From contig JAFPCL010000007.1 of NCBI GenBank assembly GCA_017390225.1, forward strand, positions 1 through 47,844: DNA of 47,844 nt, written 5' to 3'. The notes beneath the pieces are model-generated. The model was not told where the DNA came from. It did no database searches and worked only from the letters and a program-made list of their open reading frames with translations. Every line of letters starts with the position of its first letter. Position 1 is the first letter of the stretch. Shown here piece by piece: positions 45,692-47,844 of this stretch. The translations under genes and the position numbers were made by a program. This DNA comes from Clostridia bacterium. GTDB lineage: Bacteria > Bacillota > Clostridia > CAKSNL01 > HGM11501.

Positions 45692-47236
45692 ATGATGGAA
45701 CATTTTAATGCGGTACATTTTCGCGATTTGAAAGATTTGGTGAACAAAAGATTAAAGCAAGACAATCCCATTGCCTTTTGCTACTGCGAAAAGAAAACGG
45801 TTATAGACATCACGGTGAAAGACTTCAAAAGAGAGATTGATGCACTGGGCACATTTCTGTTTAAAGAAGGTGTGCAAAATACAACCGTTGCATTGATTGG
45901 GGAAAACAGCTATCGATGGATTTTATCTTATTTTGCCATTGTGTGCGGCGGCAACGTGGTGATTCCCCTGGATAAAGAACTTCCCGACGAAGATGTAAAT
46001 GAACTGATTCAAAGAAGCGGTGCAACAGCACTCATATATGCCGACGGCAGAAAAGCCGTTGCGGAGCAGAATCCACAGCTAAAAACCTATGCAATGGATG
46101 ATTTTGAATCTTTCATTGAAGCAGGGCAAGAAGCTATTGACGATGCATATTTTGAATTTGTGGACTATGAGATTGATCCCGAGAAGCTGTCTGCCATTAT
46201 CTTCACATCCGGTACCACAGGAAAGCCGAAAGGCGTTATGCTGAATCAGCGCAACTTTGCAACAGACGTTATGGCGGCGGCAGAAAACGTGTATGCAACC
46301 GGTACAACGCTTCTTACACTGCCTTTGCATCATACCTTTGCTTTCACTACCAGTGTTTTGGCGGTTATGTCCTACGGGCAGACCATTGCCATCAATTCCA
46401 GCATTAAGAATTTCAAACGTGACATCAAGGAAATGAAGCCGCAAAATATGTTCCTTGTTCCGCTGTATGTAGAGGCTCTTTATAAAAATATCTGGAAGAC
46501 GGCACAAAGCCAAAACAAAGAAAAGCTTTTGCGTAATGCCATCAAAGTCAGCAACGGGCTCAGAAAAGTTCATGTAGATATCAGAAAAAAGCTGTTTGCT
46601 TCCGTGCATAGCGAGCTGGGCGGCAACTTGGAAATGATCGTCAGTGGCGGCGCGCCCCTCAATGAAAAATATGTGAAAGAATTTGATGCTTTGGGCATTC
46701 AGATTTTAAACGGTTATGGCATCACCGAATGTTCCCCCGTTGTTGCGGTTAACTGTATTTTATCTCCGACGGAAGGCAGTGTAGGCAGAATTTTGTCCTG
46801 CTGTGAGGCAAAGACCGTTGACGGTGAAATATATGTAAAAGGCTCCAATGTCATGATGGGCTACTTTGGTGATGAAGAAGCCACCAATGCTTCCTTTGAC
46901 GGAGAATGGTTCAAAACCGGCGATTTGGGCGAAGTGCGCGACAATCATTTGTTTATTACGGGACGAAAGAAAAACCTGATTATTTTAAGTAACGGCAAGA
47001 ATGTTTCTCCCGAAGAGCTGGAAGAGAAAATTTTGGAGATTCCGAATGTATTGGAAGTTGTTGTTCGTGAAAAGGACGACAAGATTATGGCGGAAATCTA
47101 TGCGGAAGAAACCGATGGCATCAGAGAAGCCATTCAGGAATTCAATGCGGGACAGCCTTCTTATAAGAGAATCCAAAAGGTGATTTTCAGAAAGACTGAA
47201 TTTGATAAGACAACAACGAAGAAAATCAAGAGATAA
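45692..47236 (+). CDS. AMP-dependent synthetase/ligase (long-chain fatty-acid--CoA ligase-like)
   Basis: AMP-binding motif 'IIFTSGTTGKPKGVML', plus 'GYGITE', 'FKTGDLG' and 'GRKKNLI'. Confidence 0.9.
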   Translation: MMEHFNAVHFRDLKDLVNKRLKQDNPIAFCYCEKKTVIDITVKDFKREIDALGTFLFKEGVQNTTVALIGENSYRWILSYFAIVCGGNVVIPLDKELPDEDVNELIQRSGATALIYADGRKAVAEQNPQLKTYAMDDFESFIEAGQEAIDDAYFEFVDYEIDPEKLSAIIFTSGTTGKPKGVMLNQRNFATDVMAAAENVYATGTTLLTLPLHHTFAFTTSVLAVMSYGQTIAINSSIKNFKRDIKEMKPQNMFLVPLYVEALYKNIWKTAQSQNKEKLLRNAIKVSNGLRKVHVDIRKKLFASVHSELGGNLEMIVSGGAPLNEKYVKEFDALGIQILNGYGITECSPVVAVNCILSPTEGSVGRILSCCEAKTVDGEIYVKGSNVMMGYFGDEEATNASFDGEWFKTGDLGEVRDNHLFITGRKKNLIILSNGKNVSPEELEEKILEIPNVLEVVVREKDDKIMAEIYAEETDGIREAIQEFNAGQPSYKRIQKVIFRKTEFDKTTTKKIKR

Positions 47237-47552
47237 CAAAAAAGAAGCATCCGATTAGTGGGTTGGTCATAGGGATGCATTAAAAAAATCATTTATGACC
47301 GACTTCTTCAAACGGGTGCAAAGATTAACAACCATACAGAGTTTGCTGCTCTTGTATGGTTGTTTTCTTTATGCCTTTTTACATTTCAAATTCCGCTGCT
47401 GTTATGATTTTGCGTATTGCGCTGAATGCGCTTTTGGGATTCTGGTAATCTCTTATGAATCTCGGATCCGGCGCTCCGTTCTTTCTGACCGTCATCAGCG
47501 GGTATTCTCCGCTGAGCAGGATTCTTATTTCCAGTGTTTCGTTTTCTCTGTT

Positions 47553-47759
47553 CTATACTCTGTGGTACGCCGGAATGCCCGAGTCGAGTGTGTGTGCTAC
47601 GATTGTGAAGCTGTATTTGTTTATGAGTTTTTCAAATTCTACATGTGCTTTTTCTATTCTCATATATTTTATGATCCGCGCATATTCTCCGCCTCTCGGA
47701 GCACGCCTTTCAAACGGCAACACATTCCCGTAATAGAGCTCCTCTATGATACTTTGCAT
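47553..47759 (-). CDS. Small hypothetical protein (68 aa) ending at an in-frame TAG; the reading frame stays open for 62 more codons
   Basis: ATG 47759 lies 7 nt after GGAGG. The N-terminus 'MQSIIEELYYGNVLPFE' resembles small proteins seen on Firmicute mobile elements; this is a recollection, not verified. The opposite-strand 169-aa track ORF looks non-coding. Confidence 0.4.
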   Translation of the reverse strand: MQSIIEELYYGNVLPFERRAPRGGEYARIIKYMRIEKAHVEFEKLINKYSFTIVAHTLDSGIPAYHRV

Positions 47760-47784
47760 TTCTCCACCTCCTTTGGTGGGAGAC

Positions 47785-47813
47785 ATATTACCAGAGAATT
47801 GTAGAAAAGTCCA
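47785..47813 (-). promoter_or_regulatory. Sigma-A-like promoter for the small minus-strand gene at the window edge
   Basis: Minus strand reads TGGACT-N17-TAATAT with TGG just upstream of the -10 (TGnTAATAT). Confidence 0.4.
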
Positions 47814-47844
47814 GAGGAAATGTGGATTGTTAGCAATTAAATAA

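Noticed and set aside
47247-47278. Hairpin GCATCC...GGATGC after the CoA-ligase gene as a terminator
   Set aside because: The stem is only 6 bp with a 20-nt loop, and flanking A and T runs are modest. This is too weak to call.
47295-47804. 169-aa plus-strand ORF at the right edge
   Set aside because: The product is rich in Cys, Phe and Tyr with no SD. The minus strand carries a promoter, SD and a more protein-like ORF.
1-47844. Searched by eye for CRISPR arrays, rRNA or tRNA genes, transposases, integrases, terminal inverted repeats and prophage modules
   Set aside because: No regularly spaced direct repeats were seen. No intergenic gap has tRNA- or rRNA-like composition; most gaps are under 150 nt and are explained by promoters or terminators. 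No ORF has transposase or recombinase motifs.

Overview
The window looks like a chromosomal segment of a spore-forming Firmicute. It is probably a Clostridia or Oscillospiraceae-like organism; that placement is an inference from sigG, pro-sigK, an SLH wall protein and split transketolase. Gene density is high and most genes are housekeeping: tsaC, cysE-cysS, split tkt, glmM-pgk-tpiA, potABC, holB-ricT, rdgB, an M16 peptidase pair, lgt and a fatty-acid CoA ligase. I saw no rRNA, tRNA, CRISPR array, transposase or integrase. Five regions look accessory.
1. The strongest candidate for an undescribed system is a translationally coupled minus-strand operon at 6978-11524. It encodes HAD-IIA, SDR, a PqqD-like peptide chaperone, a radical-SAM/SPASM enzyme, an HPr-kinase-like P-loop protein and an SGNH hydrolase. 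There is no room for a cis-encoded precursor peptide, and the operon sits directly upstream of sigG.
2. A 48-aa Cys/Asn-rich single-TM peptide gene lies at 34466-34612 on the minus strand, below the ORF-track cutoff. It has a good SD, an internal 13-nt triple repeat and a sigma-K-like promoter motif.
3. A secreted protein carries three lamin-tail-domain repeats.
4. Tandem membrane-anchored DUF5050-like paralogs and a DivIVA-domain protein sit between potABC (no potD present) and holB.
5. A three-glycosyltransferase block abuts glmM.
All family calls come from motif recognition by eye. No database search was run.
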